Source of the DNA: an uncultured delta proteobacterium
Lineage (GTDB): Bacteria; Desulfobacterota; Binatia; UBA9968
Direction: 5' to 3'
NCBI GenBank assembly: GCA_963727625.1
Contig: CAVSHR010000008.1
Coordinates: 96,001-160,000 of the forward strand
DNA: 64,000 nt
Both the position numbers and the translations under genes were made by a program. The notes beneath the pieces are model-generated. The model did no database searches, was not told the DNA's origin, and saw only the letters and a list, made by a program, of their open reading frames with translations. The first letter of the stretch is position 1. Every line of letters starts with the position of its first letter. Shown here in pieces: positions 46,718-57,218 of the stretch.

Positions 46718-46953
46718 GGATCTCGTTCTTGGGGAGGCAAATTGTCTTCTTGATCGCGTTTGTGGCGAAATAGACCCATAAAACTCCTCCAATAGAGTTT
46801 TATGATTACGGCAACGCCGGCGATCCCGCCAAACAGCAGTTGCAACATCATGCTTCCGCTGCCGGGGTCCAGATACGCAAACGCCTGGTCGGTGAAGACA
46901 AGCATGTAGAGGCCTATAAATACAGACACGATCCGAAATGAAATTTGCTTCAT
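46714..46953 (-). CDS. Small membrane protein with an AYLDPGSGS motif (79 aa)
   Basis: Signal-like N-terminus ending AFA, YLDPGSGSMMLQ, TM helix, charged tail; ATGA overlap with the NoeA-like gene. Confidence 0.75.
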   Translation of the reverse strand: MKQISFRIVSVFIGLYMLVFTDQAFAYLDPGSGSMMLQLLFGGIAGVAVIIKLYWRSFMGLFRHKRDQEDNLPPQERDP

Positions 46954-47289
46954 GACTATCGTCCTTTGTTTCGTGTCGCCCTTGCCAAAATTACCGTCAA
47001 ATTTGGCGACCTAGTTACGGATGATTTGACCGATCCGGGTCGCATCGCACCAATTCACGGGTTACTTGACGGGAAAGTGCTGAACATTTACTGTTCGCCG
47101 ATTATAGCCGATGGTCCATACTCTGGGTAGTAAAAATGGATGTTGAGAATCCTCCCGGGCCGGTTTTGGCTCGAAGAGCCGGGACTGTTGATCGGGCTGC
47201 TCGGCTTTTAAAAATAATACTGGCGATATCCTCCTTGATCGTTTAATATGCTGATTTGTATGAAGTTTTGTCTCGCGAGGATGGTCTAA

Positions 47290-48423
47290 GTGAGTAAATC
47301 GGCGCGGCGAATCAATGAGCAGGTGGGAATCGACCTACGCGGCGTCGGTCGTATCCCGGTCGACAACGCGGAGGCTGCGCTGCGATTTTGCCAGGCACTG
47401 GCGCGCCAAGTCACCGCCGAGGCCACGTCGGTTGGTGTGGAACCATGTCATGATATTTCCGATATTGAACCAGGCGGGTCGGCACAAAGCACTGCGCAGC
47501 CAGAGTTGTCAGTTGTCCTACCAGTCTATAACGAAGCGGAAAATATTTCAGTACTGTACGAAAGGCTGATTAGCGTGCTCGAGAGAGAGAATTTCGATTT
47601 CGAGCTTCTATTTGTAGACGATGGCAGCAACGACGAAAGCGCGCAGAAGTTAAATGACCTCGAAGCGTCGGATGAGCGCGTCGTCGTGATTGAGCTGGCT
47701 CGTAATTTCGGTCATCAGGTCGCGATCACGGCCGGGCTCGATTTCGCTCGCGGCAAAGCCGTTGCGGTGATGGATGCGGACCTGCAAGATCCGCCGGAAG
47801 TGTTGCCCGAATTTATTAGCAAATGGCGCGAGGGCCACGACGTCGTTTACGCGGTGCGCGTGCAGCGCAAGGAAGGTTGGCTCAAGCGAGCCAGTTATAA
47901 AGCTTTTTATCGCTTACTCCGCCATGTATCGAATATCGATATTCCCCTCGACGCCGGCGACTTTTGCGTGATGGATCGCCGCGTCGTCGATTTGCTCAAA
48001 AGCATGCCGGAGCGAAACCGCTTTGTGCGCGGCATTCGCAGCTGGGTAGGGCTCAAACAAGTTGGAGTAACGTTCCAGCGCCAGGCGCGGCACGCCGGGA
48101 AATCGAAGTATACGTTCTTTGGTTTATTGCTTTTGGCTCTGGACGGACTGATTTCTTTTAGCTACGTCCCGTTGCGTATCATTACGTTCTTGGGGTTAGT
48201 AGTATCTACGCTTTCAATTTTGCTGGCGCTTTTTTACGTGACGATAAAGCTTCGGTTGGGGCTCAATCCGCCTGGATTCGCGACAATCATTGTCGCGATC
48301 TTCTTCCTTGCCGGAATTCAACTGATCACGCTCGGCGTGATCGGCGAATACGTCGGGCGAATCTTCGAAGAGGCGAAGCGACGGCCCTTATATGTTGTGC
48401 GCCGCTTACCCGGACTTCGTTAA
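47290..48423 (+). CDS. GT2 polyprenol-phosphate glycosyltransferase (GtrB/ArnC-like)
   Basis: PVYNE, DDGS, RNFGHQ, DADLQDPP, two C-terminal TMs, GEYVGRI; start uncertain. Confidence 0.9.
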   Translation: MSKSARRINEQVGIDLRGVGRIPVDNAEAALRFCQALARQVTAEATSVGVEPCHDISDIEPGGSAQSTAQPELSVVLPVYNEAENISVLYERLISVLERENFDFELLFVDDGSNDESAQKLNDLEASDERVVVIELARNFGHQVAITAGLDFARGKAVAVMDADLQDPPEVLPEFISKWREGHDVVYAVRVQRKEGWLKRASYKAFYRLLRHVSNIDIPLDAGDFCVMDRRVVDLLKSMPERNRFVRGIRSWVGLKQVGVTFQRQARHAGKSKYTFFGLLLLALDGLISFSYVPLRIITFLGLVVSTLSILLALFYVTIKLRLGLNPPGFATIIVAIFFLAGIQLITLGVIGEYVGRIFEEAKRRPLYVVRRLPGLR

Positions 48424-49616
48424 TGCGCATCTTGATGCTCAATAACGAATTTCCGCCGTTGGGCGGGGGTACGGGAACGGTCAATCGTGCCATACTCGAG
48501 CAATTCGCCCGCGTCCCCGGACTAGAAATTGACCTGGTGACGTCGGCGTTGGGGAGCCGACCGGAGGAAGAAGTTTTCGCGAGCAACATCAAGATCTACA
48601 AGGTGCCGGTACGAAATAAAAATATCCATCACTCGTCGAATCGAGAACTGATCGAATATTTTTTTCGTGCGCTGCGCCTCGCTTTGAAATTTTCTCGACA
48701 ACGCTCCTATGATCTAAGTTTCGCGTGGAGTGCCGTGCCCGCCGGCGCAATCGCGCTGGCGCTGCGTCGTCTTGTCGGACTGCGCTACATCGTGCGCGTC
48801 TGCGGTCCCGACATTCCTGGCTTCGAGCGTCGTTACCAATCCCTTCATCGTTTTTTGTCGCCGGTAATACGCCGGATCTGGCGCGGCGCGGAGCGAGTGG
48901 TCGCGAAATCAGAGCGCGAAATTGAATTGATCCACGCGCTAGATTCTGCATTAAACTGCTTGCTGATCCCCAACGGCGTCGACCTCGATGCCTTCAAACC
49001 AAATGCGAGCATGGATGAAAAAGAGCCGCTACGTATCCTCTGCGTCGGCCGGCTGATCGAGAGAAAAGGGCAACACCACTTGATCGAAGCGGTGAAAAGG
49101 CTCACCGATGACGGGATCGACGTCGAACTCGATCTTATCGGAACCGGGGATGCCCATTCCGATAACGAGGCTCAAGTCGTCCGGCTTGGACTAACCGATC
49201 GGGTTCATTTTCGTGGCTACGTGCCGCGCGAAAAGATCGCTGAGCACTACGCCGCTGCACACGTGTTTGTGCTGCCGTCTTACAACGAGGGCATGAGCGT
49301 GGCGCTTCTCGAAGCGATGGCCTCGGGACTCGCAGTTGTGGTCACGCCAACCGGGGGCACTCCTGAACTGGTGGCGCCCGAGGTCAACGGACTCATTTTC
49401 AATTGGGCCGACGTCGACGGTTTGACGGCGAGCCTGCGTCGCTTGGCGCGAGATCGTTCCATGGTAAGTCGGATGGGCGAGGCATCGCGAAAGCGGGCGG
49501 GCGATTTTTCCTGGGACCGAGCCGCGAGCCGCTATATCGATCTGCTGAATAGACTATCCGCGGCGATTTCCTCTTCTGACGCGCGTCTCAGCGCCGAGGC
49601 AAAGCACAAGGCTTAA
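48423..49616 (+). CDS. GT4 glycosyltransferase
   Basis: EFPPLGGG, PNGVD, GRLIERKG, EGMSVALLEAMA. Confidence 0.92.
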   Translation: MRILMLNNEFPPLGGGTGTVNRAILEQFARVPGLEIDLVTSALGSRPEEEVFASNIKIYKVPVRNKNIHHSSNRELIEYFFRALRLALKFSRQRSYDLSFAWSAVPAGAIALALRRLVGLRYIVRVCGPDIPGFERRYQSLHRFLSPVIRRIWRGAERVVAKSEREIELIHALDSALNCLLIPNGVDLDAFKPNASMDEKEPLRILCVGRLIERKGQHHLIEAVKRLTDDGIDVELDLIGTGDAHSDNEAQVVRLGLTDRVHFRGYVPREKIAEHYAAAHVFVLPSYNEGMSVALLEAMASGLAVVVTPTGGTPELVAPEVNGLIFNWADVDGLTASLRRLARDRSMVSRMGEASRKRAGDFSWDRAASRYIDLLNRLSAAISSSDARLSAEAKHKA

Positions 49617-49619
49617 CCC

Positions 49620-51524
49620 ATGTGCGGTATTTGCGGCCAACTTGCCTCGGACCCGGCGCGGGGCGCGGATAGCGATCTGCTACGGCGGCTTAACATGACC
49701 ATCCGGCATCGCGGACCGGATAGCGAAGGTTATCACGTCAAAGGCACCGTCGGTCTTGCCATCTCCCGCCTCGCCATCATCGACGTCGCCGGCGGCCAAC
49801 AACCGATCACCAACGAGGACGGTTCCATCATCGTCGTTTTTAACGGCGAAATTTATAACTTCCGTGAATTGCGCACTGAGCTGGAAAACCTCGGCCATCG
49901 CTTCCGCACCCGGAGCGATACCGAAATCATCGTGCACGGCTACGAGCAGTGGGGCGATGCGGCATTGCCGCACTTTAACGGGATGTTCGCCATCGCGCTC
50001 TGGGATGAGCCGCGTCAACGTCTCCTCCTCGCGCGCGACCGGATGGGCAAGAAACCGCTTTACTGGCACTGGTCGAAACATGGCCTGCTGTGGGGTTCGG
50101 AGGCCAAAGCCGTTTTGGCGGCGCCGTGGGTGGAAAGACGCGTCAATCCAGTTGCATTACATCACTATCTCACGCTTCAATACGTTCCCGATCCGCTGAC
50201 GATCTTCGACGGCATGAACAGACTTCCCGCGGCGCACAAGCTTGTGGTCGAGCGCGGCGGTGAACCGCAGGTGTCGCGCTGGTGGCAACTCGAGTTTGAG
50301 CCGAAATGGCAAATCGATGACACGGAAGCCATCGAACAGACGCGTAAATTTTTGGCGGCTGCCGTAGAGCGTCGCTTGATCTCAGAGGTGCCGCTCGGCG
50401 CGTTTCTCAGCGGCGGCATTGATTCCTCGACGATCGTCGCGCTCATGGCCGAACGGAGCAGCAAGCCGGTGCAGACTTTTTCGATCGGCTTCGAAGAAGA
50501 ACGCTACTCCGAAACTCCCTATGCGCGCCAGGTCGCGGATCGTTATCACACCGATCATCATGAGTTCGTTTTTCGCGCTGAGGATCTGATCCGTGTGATC
50601 GACGAGTCAGTCAGCGCGTTCGACGAGCCGCTCGCCGATCCCGCGGCTCTGCCGCTCCTGGAGCTATCCCGACAGGCGCGACAGTCGGTGACGGTCGCGT
50701 TGTGCGGCGACGGTGGCGACGAGACGCTCGCCGGTTATCGCCGCTATGCCGTCGACGGCCTGCTTCGGCCTTATTCGGCGCTGCCGGCGTGGCTGACGCA
50801 ACGAGCCGTCCCGGCGATGATGCGCCATGTGCCGGAACCCACCTGGATTCCGGAAGACCGCAATCCGATTACCGGATTGAAAAGACTTGGTCAATTCTCC
50901 AAGACGACGCCCAAGGCTTCATTGGTCCGTTGGGGCTCGTATTTTTCACAGGAAGAAAAACTTTCACTCTACACCGAATGTTGGCGCGATAAATTCTTAC
51001 AGACCGATAGCGCCGACTGGCTCTCCGGCGCTTATGACGAGGCGCACGCATCGAGTCTGCTCGACCGCACGCTCTATGCCGATCATGTGACGTATCTGTC
51101 CGGTGATCTGCTGCCCAAGACCGACCGCATGACCATGGCACATTCGTTAGAGGGCCGGTCGCCGTTTCTCGACGTCGAATGGGTCGAATGGACGGCGCGC
51201 TTGCCGGAGCGTTTTAAAGTCCGCCGCATGGCAGGGAAATGGCTGCTCAAGGCCGCTTTTGGCGAGATGCTCCCGCCGGCTATCTGTGCCCGTGGCAAGC
51301 AAGGGTTCGGCGTGCCAATCGGGCACTGGTTCAAGAACGAGCTTCATCATTGGGCAAGAGATCGTCTACTCGACAACCGTTCCCTGTCGCAATGGTTCCG
51401 TCAGGCGGAGATGGCGCGCTTGCTGAACGAGCACGACAGCGGCAAAGCCAATCACGGAAAGAAACTCTGGGCGTTGCTATCCTGGCGGTTTGGTCGAAGA
51501 AATACCTTGCGCAGTAATGTTTAG
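49620..51524 (+). CDS. asnB: Asparagine synthase-like glutamine amidotransferase
   Basis: MCGI, HRGPD, NGEIYN, LSGGIDS, GDGGDE, KQGF; true stop probably TAA 51515-51517 after a frameshift near 51480. Confidence 0.92.
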   Translation: MCGICGQLASDPARGADSDLLRRLNMTIRHRGPDSEGYHVKGTVGLAISRLAIIDVAGGQQPITNEDGSIIVVFNGEIYNFRELRTELENLGHRFRTRSDTEIIVHGYEQWGDAALPHFNGMFAIALWDEPRQRLLLARDRMGKKPLYWHWSKHGLLWGSEAKAVLAAPWVERRVNPVALHHYLTLQYVPDPLTIFDGMNRLPAAHKLVVERGGEPQVSRWWQLEFEPKWQIDDTEAIEQTRKFLAAAVERRLISEVPLGAFLSGGIDSSTIVALMAERSSKPVQTFSIGFEEERYSETPYARQVADRYHTDHHEFVFRAEDLIRVIDESVSAFDEPLADPAALPLLELSRQARQSVTVALCGDGGDETLAGYRRYAVDGLLRPYSALPAWLTQRAVPAMMRHVPEPTWIPEDRNPITGLKRLGQFSKTTPKASLVRWGSYFSQEEKLSLYTECWRDKFLQTDSADWLSGAYDEAHASSLLDRTLYADHVTYLSGDLLPKTDRMTMAHSLEGRSPFLDVEWVEWTARLPERFKVRRMAGKWLLKAAFGEMLPPAICARGKQGFGVPIGHWFKNELHHWARDRLLDNRSLSQWFRQAEMARLLNEHDSGKANHGKKLWALLSWRFGRRNTLRSNV

Positions 51525-52297
51525 GATTTTTGACTTTGGCTCCAACTGGGAAGATTTTTCAAAGCGGCACATTGATCGCCGGCGGTTGGAAGCGGCCTGC
51601 GAATCTTTGCGGTCTTTATTGGCCAAAGAGAATATCGAGGGAAAGAGCTTTCTCGATGTTGGTTGCGGCAGTGGTCTTTTTTCGATCGCCGCGCATCAAC
51701 TCGGTGCAACAAAAGTGGTTGGCATTGACGTTAATCCTCGTTGTATTGAAATTTCTCAAAGCAACCGCGATCTTTTGGCTCCCGGTTCGCCGATCGAGTT
51801 TTATATCGCTTCGGCTTTGGAACCCGAAAAACTCCAGCGCTTCGGAAATTTTGATCTCGTCTACGCTTGGGGTTCATTGCATCATACCGGGTCGATGTGG
51901 GACGCCGTTCGTAACGTCTCAAAATGCGTCGCGCCCGAGGGAACCATGATTTTGGCGATTTACAACAAACACATCACCTCGCCGGTGTGGAAAGCGGTTA
52001 AATGGATCTACAATCAAGTGCCCGGATTAGTCCAGCAGGTTGATGATCTTGATATTCGCGGGAATTATTTACGTTGCGAAATTCCTCATCACTCGAAGCA
52101 ATCCGTTAAAGAAAGAACGCGGCATGGATTTTTGGTTTGACGTAATTGATTGGGTTGGCGGTTATCCATACGAGTATGCAACGCCGGCGGAGATAGAGCG
52201 GTCCGTCTGTGACCGTGGATTCTCGCTCCAGCGCTATATCCCAGCTCAGGTTCCAACAGGATGCAACGAATTTGTCTTTCGCAAACTCCTGACATGA
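51517..52297 (+). CDS. Class I SAM methyltransferase (one frameshift near 52040)
   Basis: FDFGSNW, LDVGCGSG, WGSLHHTG, then DWVGGYPYE...GCNEFVF in the second frame. Confidence 0.85.
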
Positions 52298-53400
52298 AGA
52301 TCGCCTACTTCGTCGACAACTTGCGCGGCGACGGAACCCAGAGCGCGTTGACTCATCTGGTTCAGGGTCTCGCTAGCCGAGGTCACACCCAAAAAGTGCT
52401 GTGTCTAAACGACTCGTACGACGAAGAAGTCGTCAACGAACTGCGGAGCGCGCCGGCCGAAGTTCGAATGGTGGGCAAAACGGCCTTGGCAATGGGGTTT
52501 GGTTTAATGTCGACCAAGGCATGGTTGGGTCGCGAGAAATTCGACGCAGTAGTGACCATGCTTTTTGCTGCTGACGTCATCGGCCGTCTTCTAGCACGCT
52601 GGAGCGGGGTTCCTCGGATTATCTCGTCGCTGCGCGCTCGAAATGTGCACTATTCGCGGTTACAACGTTGCCTCGTTCGGGTCACGATGGATGCAGCGGA
52701 TGCTGTCGTTATCAACAGTCCGCACTCGAGGGAGTTCGCGATTGACGCGGAAGGGGTCCAGCCGGATCGTATTGTTTTTATACCTAATGGAGTTCAGGTC
52801 ACCAAATACGCCAAGCCAGTGTGTCAAGAATCATTGCGTGACAAGTTAGGTTTATCCACTCAAGGATATTTGCTTGGATGTGTTGGCCGGCTAACGAAAC
52901 AAAAAGGCATTGACGTCTTGCTAAAGGCGCTTTCGCTAATGAACAAGCCAGATTTCAACTTGGTAGTTTTTGGAGCCGGTGAAGAGGAAGCCTCGCTAAG
53001 AACTCTTGCTCTCAAGCTAGGTTTGGAGTCACGGGTGCATTTTGCAGGATATCGTCGTGATCTTCCAAGTCTGCTTGGTGCTTTGGACCTATACGTTCAT
53101 CCGGCTCGATTCGAAGGCATGCCCAACGCTCTACTGGAAGCCATGGCGGCGGCTTGTCCCATCGTCGCCACAGCAGTCGACGGTAATCGCGAGTTAATCG
53201 AAGACGGAAAACACGGATGGCTGGTACCGCCGGAGGACCCTGGTGCTCTCGCGACAACGATTAGTGCAGCCTTGAGCGATCTCGACGACGCTCGATGTCG
53301 CGGAAACGCCGCGCGGCAACGGGTTCGCGAGAGCTTTAGCGTTGATAAGATGATCAACGGTTGGGAAAACATCCTGATGGGAAAACAACCGCAGTCATGA
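52294..53400 (+). CDS. GT4 glycosyltransferase
   Basis: IPNG, GRLTKQKG, EGMPNALLEAMA. Confidence 0.92.
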   Translation: MKIAYFVDNLRGDGTQSALTHLVQGLASRGHTQKVLCLNDSYDEEVVNELRSAPAEVRMVGKTALAMGFGLMSTKAWLGREKFDAVVTMLFAADVIGRLLARWSGVPRIISSLRARNVHYSRLQRCLVRVTMDAADAVVINSPHSREFAIDAEGVQPDRIVFIPNGVQVTKYAKPVCQESLRDKLGLSTQGYLLGCVGRLTKQKGIDVLLKALSLMNKPDFNLVVFGAGEEEASLRTLALKLGLESRVHFAGYRRDLPSLLGALDLYVHPARFEGMPNALLEAMAAACPIVATAVDGNRELIEDGKHGWLVPPEDPGALATTISAALSDLDDARCRGNAARQRVRESFSVDKMINGWENILMGKQPQS

Positions 53401-54497
53401 GAGAAACTTTGCTTTCCTTTCTCTCTTGCCCTGAATGTGGGTCAGGATTCGATCTAACCGTGCTGGTTAAAGAAGATGATCGAATCATAGAGGGCTTGCT
53501 GCACTGCGTCGCAACTCGCCATGTCTATCCCGTCGTGCGCGCGGTGCCTCGAATCCTGGCGTCCGCCTTTGGACAGGAACCCCAATTTACCGCTAAACAC
53601 AGGGCTCTCATTGCAACGTACCGCAGTGTTGCTTCAACTCCTACTGAACCGGAAATAGAACAGACAAAAAAAGGCTTTGGACGGCAATGGACCACGTATC
53701 AGGTCCAACGGTCCGACGAAGATCTCGCTTATTTTCAGTCCAAGACTGGTGTGACTCCGTCCTATTTAAACGGAAGATTGGTGCTGGACGCCAGATGTGG
53801 GAGCGGCCGATACGCCGAAGTGGCGGGGGAAGCGGGGGCAGTTGTCGTTGGAGTCGATCTTAGCGCTGCCGTTGAAACCGCGGCATCGAGTACATCACAT
53901 CTACCGAACGTGCATATCGTCCAATCCGATATATTCCGTCTTCCCTTTAAGGCACAGGCCTTTGACTTTATTTATTCAATCGGCGTTTTGCACCATACAC
54001 CCAACACGAAACAAGCTCTGTCTAGTTTAATTCCGCTGTTGACCGATTCCGGAGAGATCGCCATATGGTTATACCCGAGATGGCCGGCGCCGGTTGAATT
54101 ATACAATCAAATGCTTCGAGCCGTAACTACGCGCATGAGTCACGAAATGCTGCATCGAGTGGCTGTGTCCATGGAACCTATTGGTCTCTTGAAACTGAAA
54201 CTTCTAACGTCCAGCCAATCATGGAAAAGAGTTTTAGGTCAATTATTACGAGGAGTGACCATTGGCGTGTCATATCATCCCGACCGCGAAATTCGCATCT
54301 GCGATACGTTCGACTGGTTCTCGCCACCGTATCAATGGCATCATACAGATACCGAAGTTGAGTCGTGGTTGCGAGAGTTTGGTTTCAGTCAAATCGTTAA
54401 TCTGTCTAAAGGGCAGAGCCATTTTCAATATAACTACGGCAACGGCGTTAACTTTAAGGCCGGACGTATCGCGTTAACCAATCGATCAATGAGCTAA
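53397..54497 (+). CDS. Trm112-like domain + class I SAM methyltransferase
   Basis: LSCPECG...YPVVRAVPR N-terminal domain; LDARCGSGR, SIGVLHHTP, FDWFSP. Confidence 0.8.
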   Translation: MRETLLSFLSCPECGSGFDLTVLVKEDDRIIEGLLHCVATRHVYPVVRAVPRILASAFGQEPQFTAKHRALIATYRSVASTPTEPEIEQTKKGFGRQWTTYQVQRSDEDLAYFQSKTGVTPSYLNGRLVLDARCGSGRYAEVAGEAGAVVVGVDLSAAVETAASSTSHLPNVHIVQSDIFRLPFKAQAFDFIYSIGVLHHTPNTKQALSSLIPLLTDSGEIAIWLYPRWPAPVELYNQMLRAVTTRMSHEMLHRVAVSMEPIGLLKLKLLTSSQSWKRVLGQLLRGVTIGVSYHPDREIRICDTFDWFSPPYQWHHTDTEVESWLREFGFSQIVNLSKGQSHFQYNYGNGVNFKAGRIALTNRSMS

Positions 54498-54501
54498 TAT
54501 T

Positions 54502-55461
54502 ATGATTTGGCCAAAGTCTCGCGAGGGGTCTCCAGGGTTTGCTCCCGTGGTTAGACGACAGCGAACTAAAATCGTTCAGCTAACGATACAGCTTATCGTT
54601 GCGGCAACGCTTCTGTGGTTGATTTTTAGGTCGATCAAACTCGATAGCGATGGCTTTGTGCAGGCTGTTGAGAACGCGTCGTTATTGCTGCTATTGAGCG
54701 CGGTACTTTGCTTTAGCGCTTCGGCGATCTTGAAATCACTTCAGTATTGCATGTTATTCCCACGCTCGCTGTCCGGCAGTTATATTGCCGGATTGGTTCT
54801 TTCCCAAAACGCTCTGCTAACTTTTTTGCCCTGGAGAACGGGAGAACTAAGTGTTCCTATTCTCCTACAAAAGGACCATAACGTTTCCTTGATGAAAAGT
54901 GCCTCTGCGATCCTAATCGTGCGGTTTCTAGATTTCTTGGTCGTTGTTCTCGTGACTATCATTGTAAGCCGGAATTTGCCCTTTCGGATAGAGTTCGCCA
55001 ACGCGATTTATGGCCTCGGCGCAGCTATGGCTCTAGTGGGTTTGATTTACTTAGTCTGGCGTCGCTTTCGATTGCAATCATTGTTTAGTGGATTTGTATT
55101 TACCATCAATCCGATTCGAAATCCGCTTCAGTTTGGCGTTCTGATTGTCCTTTCGGCCGGCGTCTTTGTTGTGTCCACACTCCAGTCTACTTTTACGCTG
55201 CGAGCCTTTGGGCTTCCTGTGTTGTTGCCCGAGGTCGCTCTGCTCAACGCTCTCACGCTACTAGCGGCGATTTTACCGATACACCCGCCGGGAGGGTGGG
55301 GAACCATTGACTCGATTCAGATAGCAATTTTACAGTACCTGCACTATCAACCTGAGCATTCGGCGCCCGTCATTTTGGTTGCGCACTGCTTCTACACGCT
55401 TTTGTTAGTTGTTGGAGGAAGTCTTGGATGGATTCTCCGAGTAAAAAGCTTGCCGAGATAA
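54502..55461 (+). CDS. Lysylphosphatidylglycerol synthase TM / flippase-like (UPF0104) membrane protein
   Basis: Multiple TMs, FLPWRTGE, RFLD, PIHPPGGWG. Confidence 0.75.
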   Translation: MIWPKSREGSPGFAPVVRRQRTKIVQLTIQLIVAATLLWLIFRSIKLDSDGFVQAVENASLLLLLSAVLCFSASAILKSLQYCMLFPRSLSGSYIAGLVLSQNALLTFLPWRTGELSVPILLQKDHNVSLMKSASAILIVRFLDFLVVVLVTIIVSRNLPFRIEFANAIYGLGAAMALVGLIYLVWRRFRLQSLFSGFVFTINPIRNPLQFGVLIVLSAGVFVVSTLQSTFTLRAFGLPVLLPEVALLNALTLLAAILPIHPPGGWGTIDSIQIAILQYLHYQPEHSAPVILVAHCFYTLLLVVGGSLGWILRVKSLPR

Positions 55462-56204
55462 GACGGTGGTTGTCTATTATTTCAGATGCCGAGAGCTTGG
55501 AAGCGCCGCAACGTGATTTTATTGGACACCGTGACATAATTACGCGAAATCTTTCAAGATATCATTTCGTCGCACCGCACGTATTTGGACGCCTGGTTGA
55601 GGTCGGCTGTGGTCGGGGTTACGGTCTCGACGTTCTGGCGCCGAAGAGCAGTGCGCAAGTGGGTATCGATATCTCGTCTAAGTTCTTGAGCGACGCGCAG
55701 CGAGATCACCCTGAGACTGTGTTTGTTTGTGCTACCGGTGACGCATTACCGCTGGTAAGCGATAAATTTGATTCGGTCATAGCTTTTGATGTTGTCGAGC
55801 ACACCCAAGACGATGTTGCGTTTCTTGCGGAACTAAGACGAATAGCTCGTCGCAGTGCCTTAATCGCGATTTCTACACCGAATAGGTTGATATCCTCCGG
55901 TAACAGAAAAACGCCCTTGAATTCATTTCATGTTCGAGAATACCTAGCATCAGAGTTCCATGATTTGCTCAAAGACAATTTTCGTTCGGTGGAAGTATTC
56001 GGACAATTTGACCAAGAGACCTCGGGCCTTTCTCGAAACGGGATGCTTGATCGGATTCCGATTCGCTGGAAATACTTTTTGCCACATAACGTACAATCGC
56101 TTCTAAGTGTTGCAATAAGGCCTCCGCTTCGCCTTGAATCTTGTCGGTTTCTCAACAACAATCTTGAACGCGCGCATACTTTTGTCGCTTTGTGTCGGAC
56201 TTAA
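55428..56204 (+). CDS. Class I SAM methyltransferase
   Basis: RYHF, EVGCGRG, FDVVEH, STPN, FHVREY; start uncertain. Confidence 0.85.
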   Translation: MDSPSKKLAEIRRWLSIISDAESLEAPQRDFIGHRDIITRNLSRYHFVAPHVFGRLVEVGCGRGYGLDVLAPKSSAQVGIDISSKFLSDAQRDHPETVFVCATGDALPLVSDKFDSVIAFDVVEHTQDDVAFLAELRRIARRSALIAISTPNRLISSGNRKTPLNSFHVREYLASEFHDLLKDNFRSVEVFGQFDQETSGLSRNGMLDRIPIRWKYFLPHNVQSLLSVAIRPPLRLESCRFLNNNLERAHTFVALCRT

Positions 56205-56417
56205 ATTCGCAAAATCATTCAAGCGGGGCGAGAATTATAGACCGTGTTCGTTATGGTTGCTGGCAGGTCAATCCTATTACGACAAGCGAGAAAAGATGAA
56301 TTTGTTCCGGAGCGAACGAGATCTCGTCGAGATCTCCCGACTCTTTTCGGTGCGGTGGACCTAGCCGTGAACGATAATTGTCTCAACGAGAATGGAATAG
56401 TTTAGGGGTGATACGGG

Positions 56418-57215
56418 GTGAGAGACTCCAGCTACACCGATCCATTCGGTAGTCATAAAAGATTTATACGATATGAGTATCGTATGGCTTTGGATCGTAT
56501 TTTGCCCATCTTATTCAAATGGGGCATCGAGGTGAATGGACGAAGAGTGCTCGATCTCGGCTGTGGCGCGGGTGGTCTGACAGTAGCGTTAGCTGAGAAC
56601 GGTGCCCACTGCTTGGGAATCGATCTTATTCCTTCCCAGATCGAACAAGCTTCGCGCTTTGCCTCTGAACGGCGTGTTAGCGTCGAATTTCTGGCTACTG
56701 ATGTTCTCAAATTAAATGAACTCGACAGAGCTTTGGATAGGCGTTCATTCCAATTGATTGTGCTGTCAGAATGTGTCGAGCATTTAGTGGACCGTGAAAA
56801 CGTAAAGTTCGTATTGAGTCGAATAAAGAAGTATTTAACTCCCGACGGTCTTGTGTATGTGTCCTTCCCGCCATGGTTCAATCCCTATGGTGGCCACCAG
56901 GCCGGTTGGCCAATAATTCGCCGCATCCCCTGGTTTCATCTGATGCCGACGCGAATTCAGCAATTGATTGCTCCTGCGCAAGTAGGGCATTACCTTAAGT
57001 TTTGTCAAGAGCTGAATCATTTAACGATTAGCTCTTTCGAGAGGATAACCGGACAAGCAGGACTGAAAGTCGTTAGGAAAGAATTATTTCATTTGCGGCC
57101 GGAGTATTACTGGCGTTATCGAGTTCCGACAATACGGTCGTCAATAATCGGCAGGATTCCAGCTCTCCGGGAAATTACAACCACGGGAGCTTTCTATCTC
57201 CTTGCAGCGGAATAA
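56418..57215 (+). CDS. Class I SAM methyltransferase
   Basis: VLDLGCGAG, ECVEH, FPPWFNPYGGH. Confidence 0.85.
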   Translation: MRDSSYTDPFGSHKRFIRYEYRMALDRILPILFKWGIEVNGRRVLDLGCGAGGLTVALAENGAHCLGIDLIPSQIEQASRFASERRVSVEFLATDVLKLNELDRALDRRSFQLIVLSECVEHLVDRENVKFVLSRIKKYLTPDGLVYVSFPPWFNPYGGHQAGWPIIRRIPWFHLMPTRIQQLIAPAQVGHYLKFCQELNHLTISSFERITGQAGLKVVRKELFHLRPEYYWRYRVPTIRSSIIGRIPALREITTTGAFYLLAAE

Positions 57216-57218
57216 ATC

